A program made the position numbers and the translations under genes. Shown in pieces: positions 1 through 13,600 of a stretch of DNA of 64,000 bases (positions are counted from its first letter, which is position 1; each line of letters begins with the position of its first letter). Under the pieces are notes generated by a model that had not been told where the DNA came from, did no database searches, and worked only from the letters and a program-made list of their open reading frames with translations. The stretch comes from Klebsormidium nitens (Eukaryota; Plantae; Klebsormidiophyceae): positions 108,524 to 172,523 of the forward strand of contig DF237003.1 of NCBI GenBank assembly GCA_000708835.1, given 5' to 3'.

Positions 1-321
1 AAGGTAGCCGGTACTCAGACTAGTACCTAGGTATTAGGTAGAAACCGGTAGGTAGGTACTAGGGAGCCTAGAGTAGGTACCTACTATGTACCGTACGGTA
101 GTTCTTCCCGTTAAATACTTTTCAATTTCCCGGTATCGAAATCGAAAACCGAGACTTGCGGCCAAACTTTGGCTGCCCGTGAGACTCTATCGCAGTCCCA
201 CGACGGTCCGGCGAAAATCCCCATGCGAAAATATTACTGTTTGGGATCTCCCGGGGGCGGCCCTGGGACGGACCCGGTACCGACCCTCGTGAATTGCGGC
301 ATTTCACGAGGATCAAATAAA

Positions 322-600
322 AGGCCTATCCTGGGCCTGGAGGTTGCCAGAGTTGCCCGCGACGTTGCGCGACTTTCCGCGATTCTACGCGACTTTACGC
401 GACTGCTCTGCGACTTCGTTCCGCGAACTTCGCGACCTTCACCGCGACTTTATAAACCTTTGAAGAACATGTTTTGAAGTAAGTTTTGTGTTGAGATGCT
501 TGCAATGCTCCGCGATGTTCCGCGACTTTCCGCGACTTTCTGCGACTTTCGTCCGCGATTTTCACCGCGACGCTGCGACCTCCGGGTCCAGGATAGGCCT
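322..600. mobile_element. MITE-like element, 279 bp, with ~26-bp TIRs, candidate 6-bp TSD (AATAAA) and internal CGCGACTTT minisatellite
   Basis: Left end AGGCCTATCCTGGGCCTGGAGGTTGC; reverse complement of right end AGGCCTATCCTGGACCCGGAGGTCGC (3 mismatches). AATAAA sits directly outside both ends (316-321, 601-606). The interior holds two blocks of ~9-10-bp CGCGAC(T)TT units. Confidence 0.75.
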
Positions 601-1423
601 AATAAAGCACCGTAGGTATCTCGTGTACAAGTGCGGCACGCGGCCGCGCAATTACGATCCGACTGCTGGCACCGTCGTCGTTATATGCTTGAATTGCACA
701 TGCAATTGTAGTTGCAGCAATGGACACAGTTATGAAGAATTATTACACACCGTCCGATCATGTGACCCTTCGCGACCCCACCATTATATGTTTGATGCAT
801 GGGCCCGCGGGCCATTGATCATGTTAAGTTCCTAGCTCATATGTGCAAGACATGGTTTTTCGACTGATTGCACGTGCATGATATCTCATTTGTTTTGCGT
901 CGATTGGATCATGCAGGACAGCCATCTATAACACAAATGATCTTTCATGTATAATGTGACTCTGAATGTAGATGAAATCCGAGCCCATCTGCGAAGCGTG
1001 GCCGGCCAACGGCTATACTAGCTAGACGCTATAGCTTGCCAGCGCAACTTAATGGTTGCAGCAAATCCCATGCGCAGCGCGGGCCAGCTAGCATGATGTG
1101 TAATGCGTGGCACCATGCATAGCCGCCGTGCGGCCGCCTAACTCAGTCGGCGCACTCTCGGTACATAGGCCGTCTGCCAGCTGGGTGTACCGGCGAGACA
1201 GGCCTTGGAAGCGGTTTTCCTCGGTGAATGTGCGGCCAGTCTCCTTTGGAGGAGGTATGCCATGCCTTCGTTCCCGCAGCCCTGAAACAACACTGTAGCG
1301 TAGACGTAGAAGCTTATTGAGCACGACGGTATACGTGCGATGATAGACGACCGGACCGGACTGCAAGAAGGTTTGGGCAGACCTTGCAGGCGGCGCCAGG
1401 AGTGCAAGTCATGAAAGCATTGC

Positions 1424-4400
1424 TTAACTTCCGTCGAAATTCATCACAAGCGTTGCCATGTTCCTGATTATGGAAGCGTAGTCGTTATCCTTCACCGGTG
1501 GCCCCTTTGGACGAGAGTCAAAGATGCTCTCCGGTTTTGCACTCCCTAGATACTTCTGCAACGCTGGAGCGCTTGGAGACCGAGCACTCGGGAACTCATC
1601 CCGCCCGCTTTTGCTCCGCCCTTTCGGCAGCTGTAAGGCGTTGAGCGACCTCACTTTGCCGCGTCTGGTGCCTCTCTCATCTGAGCCGCCCCAAGTACAT
1701 GCGACGGTTTCTTGACTAACTCTCGTCACATTCCTCGAGGCTTCCCCCGAGGGTGCCGTCTTGGGCCGCCTTAGCAAATTTGATGCCCCAGACGTGATCA
1801 GCGCACGTTGTCCCTCTTGAGAATCGTTAACGGTCTGCACCGTAAGTCCCTTGGCACAGAATGATTCCCGCGACCGCGATTCCAATGCTGGCGCTGTCCC
1901 AGGCCTCGCAGGCCTCGTGTCTCCGTCCATAGCTTCCAAGCTTCCGTTCTCATCCTCTGAATCTCCTTCACCCCCCTCCGCATCATCACCCATAAACGAC
2001 GAACCCAATGACTCCAGACCGAGCGCTTCTACATCTCGCATGTGCGCCCTCCCTAGTGCCTGCTGAGACGCCTTGTCTTCCACTGGAAACAAAGCCGCTG
2101 CTTCCGCCTCCGAGTCGCGACTGGTCGGCAGCCTTCTGTTGCTTCCGGTGTCCGCCGGAACGCTCCTGCGGACTGCTGCTACCGTTGCCGGACATCCGTT
2201 CAACGGTCTTGAATGTGGCGTCGTCGCAAGGCCCCTGTGATTCGCCCATCGTTCCACCAGAAGCCCCCGTTGGCCAACCGGGTTCTTCGACCACCGCCCG
2301 GGGTAATTCCCCGGACGCGGCCCCATGGGCGCGTGCGCGCGCGTTGACTTGCGGGGCCTTCCGGAGGCTTTGCTTGAACCCCGGCGCTTCTCGTCGGCCA
2401 ACCACCGCTGAATTCGGAGGCCCCGTGGGCTGGGGGGGATCGATTCCCAGTGCCTCTTTTCCGCGTCACTCTTTTGGGGCGACCTCGAGACGGGGCCTGT
2501 GCTTGGGGGAGTGCTTCGTGACAGCTCCGCCGCCCCGTTCTGCTTGCGAGAAGTTCCATTCCGGTGCTGCTTTCCGCCGGAAGAGTCTGTTCGCTGCTTC
2601 TTCGCAAAGTCTAGCAGGCTGGCGCGCAACGTCTGCGTCATCCCGTGGCCAGGGCCCCAGCAGGAGTCTGCCACGTGGACGGCCTGGCGGTAGGACACGT
2701 GGGCGTCTTCAAGCGCGTGCAGGAACTCCTGAAGAATGTTTTGAAGACGTGTCAGCACTTTGGAATTCAGGAAGCCGAGAAGACTTAGGGAGCATGCGAG
2801 CTTTTCAGATCGAGAACGTTTAGGAAAAGAAAAACGACGAAAGGGAACGTACACTTGGCAGCTGTCATTCACGAGTTGGCTTCCATTTTCGCATCGCTAG
2901 TTGGACATCTAAGACAACCTCCCCTCAAACTCTTTGCATACGTGATTTCCGCTCCCATGTGTTTCTGAGAAAGAAATGCCCGCTTTTGTACGGAAAATGC
3001 AAGAAGCCGTGGGACGAACAAGAGAGGCCACCGAAGAGAACACCTCTTACCGAGTCTATCGTGATCGAAACGTCGCGAGGGCGGACGTGCCTTGCACCCC
3101 GCTTACAAGGATTTTACATCTACGTGAATCTTGCGCACACGCAAAGATCGGTTTTCTTCTTCAAGCAAGCGTCCTAACCTGCTGCACAGCCAGGCTGTGA
3201 TACGCCACCGCCAGCACCCCCGCCCGCCCCTGCGAAGTGCGCCTCTCTCCGCTGACGTCATCGCGCACACGGCCGCTGACGTCAGCAGCTTCTGCCGCCG
3301 CTCCAACCGCGCCTTCCTCTTCTGACGGCCCTGCTGGGGCGTTCGAAGGGGTGTCGTATGCGGGGCTTTTTGAGCCGTCTGATGACGAATTTCCGTGTGA
3401 AGCGTCTTGGCCATTCGATGAGGGGTGTTGTGTAGTCACGGCCGGAGTGCTTCGTGCGTTCGTAACGAGCGCGGCGCAGTCGACCGTCAAGAGGCGGATA
3501 GCACGCTGTGCGTGCTCGAGCGCCTTCCTGAGAAGAGAAGACGCGAAGATCTGGTACTTATGTCGACATGCTCTGTCTCTTGTTTCCTCATACAAATCAT
3601 TGGCGAGAGCGGGAGGAGATGGGGCCGACACAAGAACAGAAGCAGACCAAGCGTTGTTGGGTTGCACGCTTTCAATCTGACACTTCGAAAAGAGCTTCTG
3701 AAAGCGCTCCGAACCGTCTCTTTCTGGCAGACCCCGTCAGACTTATCCATTTCCTCTCGAGGCAGCCCGTTGGGTTTCAAGTGCATCCGAGCCAGAACCT
3801 CAAGAAGAGACACACGTTGCAAAAAGTGCCATGACCAGGAACCAGAAACGGTCGACAGAAATATTTGGGTAAACGAATTAATGGAAGCAGTAAGGAAGAG
3901 CCGAAGTGAGCAAAGAACGGTCGATGACTCACTCATGGCGCCCCAATGAGCTGAGCACTGCACAGATGTTGAGGAGGGTTCCTGCCGGGTTGCCCATACT
4001 GCCCGGTACGCTTTCAATGGCCAGCGCTTTCTCCAGGTATTGAAGCGCCCGGTAGGGATCCCCGGTCTTCTGGTAGAAGCAGCCAAAGTTGCTGACGGTT
4101 ACCCCCAGTAGCTTGGCCTGGGAGGCCGCCCGCTCGGGGGGGGCTGCCTGCGAAAGGAAGAGAGGCTTCTCCGTAACGAAAAGAAAGACGAATCGCTCAA
4201 TTGTCCTAGATGCAGGGGTCCTGCAGGTATTGAGTTTCTTTGTAGTCTCGGCCTCGGAATTTGAAACTGGCTGATGTGCGACTTCTGTCTTATTTGCCTG
4301 CTTGCTAGAGGACCGATCTGGAGTCGTATAGTTGTCACTGCAGAAAGCACTAGAAACTAGTTTTTGCAGGTCTGGCAGTTGCCATGCTTACGCCCCTTAA

Positions 4401-5277
4401 GTTTACTTGGCCCCTAATGGCACTCAAAACTCAAATACGAGCCTTTCTGGTTGTAGTTTCACTAGAAGCAGTCACGAACTTCAATGCAAAAGTAACTCCA
4501 TTCTTACATACTGCAACCACAACTTCAACTAAGTTTCTCACAAAGTCTACTCTAGAGCTTCTTCCAATTGACGTGAACCTGCCACTTCAAGTGTCCAGCA
4601 ATCGCGTATGATTTACATCTTTGACAATCCAATATCTTGAGCGCCATTTCTCAGGTTGTCACAGCACCTGGAGAAAGGAAAGAGGAAAATGAAGGAGACG
4701 TGTAAGTTGCCGTCTCTCTGGCAGGTCAATGAGATACTAGAGTGCCCGAGCCCCACCTGCTGAGATAGCAGCTCCGCTTTCGTCAGCAGTGCATGCGCTG
4801 TCTGGAACTGGCCCTCCTCTGTGAGGCGCATCGCCACCCCGTTGTATTTGAGGGCCAGGGCTTCGAACGCCTTGGCCACCTGAAATAGACGTGAGCAAAC
4901 GGTGTCCTGAACTGAGCACGGACACCAGATATTGTTTGAGAAGGCACAAAACGGTGAGTTCGCATTGAGTGGGGTTTCTCGTGCGCAGAGTACATAGCTG
5001 GACTTCTTTGGTCCAGATGTAAGTGCTGGCTGCGAGCTTATGTATCAACGCGCGTGCAGCTACATGGTCCTTGTGGGAAAGAAGAGGACTAATCAAGGCA
5101 GCAGGTAAGTGGATATGCAACATTTTGATTATCTGCACATGTGTCACCCTCCTGAAACCTGTAAGTAGGCGCACTGGCCAATACGATGCTTGTGTCCCAT
5201 GCTGAGTGCGTCACGCAGCCCCCAAGCTCAAAAAACAGCCTCTGATTGTGCTCCTTAGTTACCTGGCTGCAGATCAT
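1424..5277 (-). CDS. Tetratricopeptide-repeat (TPR) protein with long low-complexity C-terminus, 5 exons, ~668 aa
   Basis: Exons 5263-5277, 4757-4879, 3933-4147, 3179-3527 and 1424-2728 join in frame with GT-AG sites. TPR-like helices: LALKYNGVAMRLTEEGQFQTAHALLTKAE, VTVSNFGCFYQKTGDPYRALQYLEKALAIE, TLLNICAVLSSLGRHEKALEHAQRAI, AVAYHSLAVQQEFLHALEDAHVSYRQAV. The tiny first exon/start is the least certain part. Confidence 0.8.
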
Positions 5278-6518
5278 CACATGGATAATGCACTAGCTAT
5301 TACGAGCAGTGACAGCGAGCTTGTGTCCAGACTGCATTCCCAATGATGTGGTGCACTCTCTGAGAGCTGCAAGGATTATGGCCCCTCAGCAACATAGTAC
5401 TTATGCTTGAAGGGTAGGTGCATTGGGTGGACGAAAGCAAGGGCGGAAGTCCAGGACCTAGACCATTGATAGCAGGTTCTTTCACTCCTCATTCTCTCTC
5501 ATAGGACTGAAGAATTCTAGCAGATGACTGTGAACAGGCAAGGCCGGCAGCTACGTACCAAAAGATGCTCTCTTCCAAGCTTGGCACATTTGCCAACGAC
5601 ATCCTGCTCCATTCGCGCCAGCAGTTGTAGCCCGCTCTCATCTGTACTCATTGTCTTTGATCCAGCGGGCCCAGCTTTTCCAGAGGCCGCCATTGCTCTT
5701 GATATCTGGATCTGAGGTCTTTGCTGTAGCTCGTTCTCTCGTTATGTTTCCATCGACAAGATGATCTGCTGCTGGTCTCTTTATCCAGGGATCAACACCA
5801 CTCTGCTGCATGGAATGTCTGCTTCTTCTGCGTTCAGACTGATCGGTCAATGCATGTGTTGAAATCCAGTTTCGGAATCGGCATCTATGGATCCTCCATC
5901 CCTCACAAGCTCCCATATGCTTCTTTGGTGTACGAGTATATGTGTAGACCTTCACAGAAATTGGGACGACAGCCTGCAGCACATTGACGCAATGGGGCGT
6001 CAAACAACAAATTGTCGCACTTCTGTATTGAATTGACCTCTGGTGACGTCCATATCTACGTCCATATCTATCAAGAAATGGACAAGAGACCCATCTAATA
6101 ATTTATATCGAAGTCTGGCATTGGAATGGCACCAGTACCAGCAGTCCCTTGCAGATTTTAGGGTTCTCAAGGAGAACTGTTAACGGACTTGACACTGCAT
6201 ATATGGATAATGATTGTACGAAGCTGGTGCTGAATCTTGAGCGTTAAGATTTTTACAAGCGCGGTGCCTCGCATAAGCGCCTAGCTTCTTGGCTATCATG
6301 GTACGTACCTCATAGTTGGACCAGACATCAGCTCGTACCCTTGCACCCCATACAGGCACCAGCCGTCCGATACGAGTAGAGGCTATGAGCATCTAGGGGC
6401 CGTCCATAGAGATGTACCCTTCGATTGTAAGATTCGGACCGGCTCAATGTCCTGCTTATACGGTACCTGGATACCGGCCAGCTTGACCAGGTTCCAGAAT
6501 CCCATTCCGATCGATGTA

Positions 6519-6666
6519 GTGAACAGTAACAGGCAGTGAACAGTAACGGAGACGGGTAGGGTTAGTTAGGGGGTTAGGGTGGGTACGGGTGCGGAGCGGG
6601 TGTTTCTTTAGGTTAGGGTTTTTAGTAACCCCAAAATGCTTACTGTTCACTGGGCTTGCTGTTCAC
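6519..6666. repeat. Hairpin family copy 1: G-rich telomere-like core in 28-29-bp inverted arms, TA on both sides
   Basis: Arms GTGAACAGTAACAGGCAGTGAACAGTAAC (6519-6547) and 6639-6666 (rc GTGAACAGCAAGCCCAGTGAACAGTAAG). Core 6551-6625 GACGGGTAGGGTTAGTTAGGGGGTTAGGGTGGGTACGGGTGCGGAGCGGGTG...AGGTTAGGGTTTTTAG. Confidence 0.8.
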
Positions 6667-7677
6667 TAAGCTAGAATCCCTAGGCGCTGAGTAATGAATA
6701 CGGTATTGTAGGCACGTAGGCAGTGGCTACCGGTACCAATTTCAACTGTGCCGTACGAACACCTCGGCCAGGGCCCAGGATATGCCAAAAAGTACCCGTT
6801 TCGCCAGGGAGGAGCCGATTGTGAACATCGATGGACTCGAGCGAAGGAAAATAACCGTCGATCTGCTCGGTTGGAAAGTACGGTCGTCAAAATGGAAAGT
6901 TGCAGTGTGATCTGGAGACCGGACTGGTGTACCTCTTCAAGGGCCACCATGGCATGCATACCGGTATGGTGCGGTACCGCATTTGCTCGGCCTGGCCGAC
7001 GAGGTCGATCGGTCATGCAATGCATTGCGCCATCCCCGGTTGCGGTTCCTCGGTCCTCAGTTGATACAAGAGCTTCGTTGTGCAAAGCAAAATACCGGTC
7101 GGTTGGTACGTGTACCGATCAAGACCCACGTGAGCAGGTACCTATCGTCAAGGCTCCGGTACGTACGGGTCCATGTACAGTTGGCGGCCGTAGTACAGAA
7201 CGTGGGTTTAGCTTGACTCGCATCATCAAAAAGACAAATTCTCTGGATAATCATACGGCCGATGCTCGAACACCGTCGTAGATACGGCGATGGTTCTCAT
7301 CGGACCGATCAGACTTGGAGAGGGGCCACAAAGAGACGGGTTATCACTGTCATGGTTATCGGCATCATTTTCTGCGCCAACAACCACGTGCGCGAGGTAG
7401 AAACCTCGCGCATCGAGATTGCAAGCAGGGAAGCTAGGCAGGCTTGCATTTGGCAAGACCACTGCACTCGTGTTGAGGGCAAGGGGTGGAGAGGAGAAAG
7501 GGAAGCCATGGCTTCCACTTCTCCTCAAAAACTTGGCCATCCTGGCCATTCCCCATTCTCTTCTTCCATTTCAGGACCTTCCCCAGCCCCCAAAAGTCTT
7601 CTTCCGTCCCCCCAAACCTCTTTCAAGAAGCTTTGGGCTGCTTTCAGCTGGTTTGTGTGGTTTCGAGGCTTCTCGCC

Positions 7678-10600
7678 ATGGTGGCCCATGTTGTGGATGA
7701 CCCAGGGGTCACAGCCAGGCTAGGGACCGAACTTCTTACCTCCAGGGCTAATGCCAACCATGCTGTGGCTCTGCTTGCAACTCTGGCTGCCTCAACTAAA
7801 GAGACAGTCCTCTGCGAGGCAGCCCGCTCGCTCCAGGTCTTCTTCCTATCATGCATTGGCGAGAAAGAAACTGCTACCCAAGAGGATGATGCTGATGGGC
7901 TCTTTGCAAGATGGCTGAAGCTTCGCTACAAGGCCTTCGTGAAGTCCCTGCGGGGGCTTCTGGAGAAGGATACCATACCACTGGCAGCTCAGGCAAGTTC
8001 TTTGACCAGGACTTTCCGTCTCCCCTCTCCAACCACCACATCAAGTAGTAGTCTGGATGCAGGAAGCAGACCATGTGGTGTTGGATTCCTCTTGTTCCAC
8101 CATGCACAGATCCCTACATGATGGGAATGGTTGATAATGCACTTTAGCGAGTGGTTGCAAGTTGCTGAAGATTTCAAGAAGTGCTCTAGCGGTTGGTAAT
8201 ATTGAAGGATGTCTCTGTGGGGGAGCGCAGCATAATGATTAGGACCCGGGTGGCTCATCGCTAGGTAATGTTCTGTTGGACACCGGGATAGGAGTGCAAG
8301 TGTTCTGCAGGTCTGTTGCTGCACTTCAAGCTCCCTGATTGCTGGTTTTATGGTCGAGAAAGAGGATGGATTTTGCACCTGATGCTGCATGGATTGCAGA
8401 AACGAATCAGAAAAAAGACTCTGATTCTTTTCGATGTTCGAGCGTAAGAGTTTGCGGAGTAGTCACAATTGGGGACAGGATGTTCAAGAATTGTTTGTTT
8501 AGAGCAGCTGTTGTGAGTGCCTGTTGCTCGCGGTCTCCACCAATTAATGCATGCAGAGAATATGTAGCACTAGCCTCATTCTTGCATTACCACAAGGGAG
8601 AGTGTGTTCCAAGACAACAATCCATTCTGTGCCATCTTGTACTTTCTACCCGAAGAAGCCTGTTACAAGCAGATACTATAATATAGGAGCAATGCAGACC
8701 CACGCTGCTAGTGGAGGAGGCACTTCCTGTCTGTTTCTTGCTTGAATCCCTTCTTCCACAACCTAAGTCTCTTGTTTGGGTTCATGTCGGCATTGCCTTC
8801 CACCTGTGAAGGCACTGCCTTCATACAAGGTTTTGATCAGAGCAGGGTCCATTTGTAACACCGCACTTCTTACCATTGCAGAAGGCTGCACTGGATGCCC
8901 TTTTGGAGCTTGCCAGGGCCGAGAAAGGACACGGCTTGAACAACGACCTCTTCATGGAAGTTGTGACATCTTTGGTGAGGGTGACAATCCGCTTCTCTCA
9001 ACCATGGAATAACCTGATTGCTTTCCAGGGTTTGTTGAGTGCCAATCCCCTTTCTTGCTTGCTGGCCTTGTTCAATTTCCAATGATTGAGCTTGAGTACA
9101 TAAAGCGTAGCTGCTTTTGGCCTTGCAAGTTTCGCCTTCCTTTGCTGACGTCTCTAAGTCCATTTGCAGATCTCCACTGCTGGCACTGCTGACATCCTCG
9201 CAGTCACCATCAAGAGCTATGCACAGTACGCTGACATCAGGTAAGAAAAGCAGCAATCTCCCTCGCTACATCCTTGATTGGTCAGCTCTCAGGCATGCAT
9301 TTCTTTGTCCAACTTGTGTGGCTAGCTTGTCCAAAGATGCATGCAGCCAGAGCATTTTGTTGCTTGCAGAAGCTCTGCATGACTCTGGTGAACAGGGTTT
9401 TTTGTAGGCTTGTTCCTTCATCTAGCGGCATCTCTGGTTAGCAACATGTTGTTTCTTCAAGAAGACAAAGTCTGTATGCATAGTGTAGAAGAAGTTTTCA
9501 TCTTCTCAATAGAGGTTGTTTTTGCTGCAGGTACTTCCTGTACAGCAACATCCAGAAGCTCGCGGATCGCCACCACACCCATATTGCTGGTCAGTCCCCA
9601 AGTGGAGCAACATCCTTCATGAATGCATTCTCTGGTGGACTGTCTTGTTAATGTGGTTTCTGCATGACGTGCAAGCAATGTCGGAGCTCTCTTGAGCATG
9701 GGTCTAAATGTAAGCGTCTATTTTGAGCAGCATTTGACCTCCCTTGGTTGCTTTTGCAGGGCCAAAAGGGAATGCGGCAGAAGAGGAAGCCAAGACGATC
9801 AGGTACGAAGATTCTTTGAATCACGTAATTTCAAGAACAATCTACGCTATTCTAGAACCGAAATTGATATCCATCTGCTTAACTTCTATGCAGTCGGTTG
9901 CAAATCCTGTGAGGAACTTTCCTGTGAGCTTGGCTGTAGGTGTCTGATCGTGTTTTTCATGGGTTTTCCCCTCAACATTATGCTGACAGACTGCCCCCTA
10001 CCTTTGCTGTCCAGCCTGCACCGCTTTGCCCGTCATGCGACCACCCTCCTCTTTGGCATCGCATCGGAGCTCAAGACTCTGGACAACGAGACAGCTATGC
10101 AGGCCTGGGCCCCAGCGGAAGGTAAGAGTCCAGCTTGTGTTGGACAAGTCAGAAATGCTTTGTTGATGCTGCAGAGGCCCTGGGATTTGCAGCTTCCAAT
10201 CACTTTGTTGGACTGGAAATGACCCTGGGTTCAAATGGATCCATCATTGTTTTCTTAAGAGGAACAGGGTACCTTCTGGAGGTCTCTTATCAGGCCTGAC
10301 TGCTATAAATAGTCCTTACAGAGGAAGGAGGTCATCGAGAAGTCAATTCGCGACGATTTTCAAGGGCCTGAGCAGCCGTCTTTTTGTTCTGTCTGTGTTC
10401 TTTGTGTCAGATGTCTCGCAGCATCCAACCTCTTTCAGGAGTTACAGGCTTGTGTTGTATACTTGATCAGTCTGCCTGCAATCCATGTCTAAACCTTACT
10501 GCTTGTCAATCCTTTCTTTCCGCCTGCCAAATGTTGCCTTGTCTCCTTCCTGCAGTTGGCCCCTCTGCCCCTGCTGCTCCCCGGTGGACTGACCCCAAGA

Positions 10601-13600
10601 AGCGCAAGCGCGTGGCGGCCGACTGTTGGCTCGCCATGCTCAAGCTGCCCCTGCCGGTCGATGCGTACAAGAAGGTACGGCTTTCCCCCCCAGTCTATCA
10701 CTATCTTAACGTGTGGGCCTACTTTCCTGAATTCCTTCGAGTTCTCAGATCCAGCTCTGCATTGCAGTTCTCAAGAGGAGAGTTGAAGGGTGAAGAAGGA
10801 AAAAGCGTTTTAGTTGGCGCAAGCTTCATGCGTGGAGGGGCTGCTTCTGGCCTCTTCTTCCAAAGCGCAACTTTCCTGCAGCCACACCCTTCAAATCAGC
10901 TTCTTCCAAAACACTTCAGACCTCCGAAGCGAGGGTTGAAACTCCAGGCACCTCAAGTGGTCTCCAAAAGCATGCTGACTGAATAACCTCCCTCGCTCGT
11001 ATGGGTTTGGAAGGCTTCAACCACTAGTATTCGATGTAAAATATTGGCTTGGAAGTGCAAATCTGTTAATACCCTTTGCAAGCCTATGACTTTTACAACC
11101 AATGTTGTAGATGTTCTTGTTCTCACCGCTTCATATGGTCTGATTCTGCAGGTCCTGGTGAAGCTGCGCGGCACCATCCTTCCGCTCATGCCCAACCCCG
11201 TCCTGCTGAGTGACTTCCTGACCGACTCCTACAACCTGGGCGGCGTGGTCAGCGTGATGTCACTCGACGGCCTGTACACGCTCATCACGCAGCACGGCCT
11301 GGAGTACCCCGACTTCTACAACAAGCTGTATGCGCTGCTCGAGCCGTCAATCTTTGTGGCAAAGTACCGCGCGCGCTTCTTTGAGGTGGGGCGGTTTTCT
11401 TTGGTATTTGTGATCGCGTTTGTATGTTTGCTCATTACGTTCGTATGCCACTATGTGGCCCAGACAGTACTACCGACAGCTTTTAAGTCCCGGATTGAAA
11501 TGTTTTCGGGATTGGTCTGTTCCAAGATGAAACCTCATCTGTGGCTGCTTCCGTGGTTGAGGGAGCGCTTAGGGTTGTATCTTGTGTTCTGCACAATCAG
11601 AACCTTTGAGAGATGCTTCCTTTGCACTGAGCCTGCCTTGGAAGATTTTGTTGCACCTGCTCATTTTTAAGGGCGCAAACCTTTAAAAAGTCTAGATCGA
11701 TTTTGGAGGCAACCAGGTTTTGAAACCTCTCCCCACCTCACCTGCAGCTAGTGGACTTGTGCCTGCGCTCCCCCCTCCTCCCAGCCTACCTCGCAGCTGC
11801 CTTTGCCAAGCGCATGTCCCGCCTCGCGCTCTCTGCCCCCCCCGCCGGGTGCGCCCTGGTCATTGCGTTCGTGCACAACCTACTCAGGAGGCACCCGTCA
11901 ATTAACGTCCTGGTGCACAGAGCTCCTGGAGGGGAGGAGCGTGAGGCAGACGGGGAAGATCCCTTCCTGCCAGAGGAAAAGGACACGGCCAAGTGCAACG
12001 CTCTGAGTGAGTCCCTCTGAATGTTGGTCCTTAGTTTCGAGCTGGATCTCTTAGGATTGAAAGTTTCTGGACTGCTCGGAAGGTTGAGAAGCGTAGGTGA
12101 GGGCTCCAATGCAGCGTCAATGCATGAATGTGTCAAAGGCAGCGTTGGCTGAGTTTGGGGTTCTACAGGAGTAAAGAATTTGTCGATCTAGCCATACGTA
12201 TCATAGTGGATGTAGTGCCGAGCAGGTTCTGCACAAGGATTTCAATCGATGCTCACTTTGGATACATCCTGCCTATTGTTGTGAAAATGCTGCGTTGCCA
12301 GTCTTTTCTGCTTTTGCCGAACCTGTCAGGTGCTGATGTCTGCCTTTATCGACCTGCTACTTTCTCCTTTACAGAGAGCTCGCTATGGGAGATAGAAACT
12401 TTGCGGCACCACTACTGCCCGTCCGTTTCTAGGTAAGACAGAACCCCATGCTAGACCACTCTAGCTTTTGAAACATTTTGAGATAGTGGCCGATTGTTCA
12501 TTGTAATGTGATGTTGCCAGGCTTTCTGCTTGAAATCCGACCAAGTTTACTGTTGGCAAAATCAGTTTACAGCAATTTTTTTCCTGCGAACCCTTGACCA
12601 AGCAAACTCTTTCAGCGACATTGATTCGTCCGCACGGGTGTGAGCAAGGGTTAGAGCCGTCCATCAAAACCCTCCAAAACTTTTGTGTTGAAAGTTGACA
12701 AAAATCTCCCTGAGCACGGTGTCCAGCTCTTGTCACACTCAAAGCTGTGGCTTCCTGTCCCGCAGGTTCGTAGCTTCCCTAGAGAAGGACCTGACGGTAC
12801 GGCAGAAAACAGCGGAAGTCAGCATCGCAGATTTCAGCAGTGGGTCGTACTCCACATTACTACAAGAGGAGGTGAGGACGCAAGATAACCATGAGGCTCC
12901 TTGCAGACACGTCTGACATATGGCACTTTCCATTGGTTTGAATTCTTCTGCTCCGTCGTTGTATCTATCATTCTGGAGCCTGACCCCTCTGTGACTGCTT
13001 TGGAAGGGCTCTGCAAGAGAACAATTATTTAGCCTGCATCAGATGACGTCTAATCTTCCTTGCTGGTTTGCAGGCCGGTCGGCGCCTCAAGAAGGTGTCC
13101 CTCGCTTTCTACTCCTCCACCCCAGACGCTCTGTTCGCCTCTTCAAGCCCCGACGCGGCAGGCGATGCTGACATCAGCGGAGAATTCAAGGGCTGGGCGT
13201 TCAAGAAGCAGCGGGGCGAGGGCAAGAACGCCGGCGACTTGGCGTTTGTGGGAGAGGAAAACGACTCCGACGACCCGGATGACGATGATGACGACGAGGA
13301 GGACGATGATGACGTAAGTGGGGGTTGGAGACGTGCGAGAGCTGTTACTTTTCGGTTGCAACTTGTTGCGTCTGGGAGAGAGCTCGTCATTTCACCCCGT
13401 CGAACAACGAGGGATATTGTTTGAGGGAAAAAAGAGTCTTCGTCCCTGAGGCTGATTGTACTTCGCTCAAACCTGCTGCAAAGATGTAGCGTGTTTGTAG
13501 ATATGCTTTTCCAAAGCCCGGCCGTCCACCCATTGCTCTTGGTATGTGCGGGCAAACCTTCCTAGTTCTACTCGTCAAGCACGCTGGAAATGGAGGGCGA

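Noticed and set aside
2008-2823. 271-aa plus-strand ORF and other overlapping ORFs
   Set aside because: Antisense shadows of the GC-rich last exon of the TPR gene.
6551-6625. Interstitial telomere or chromosome-fusion scar
   Set aside because: The TTAGGG-like units are few, irregular and embedded in a fixed core repeated at other loci, so a dispersed element explains them better.
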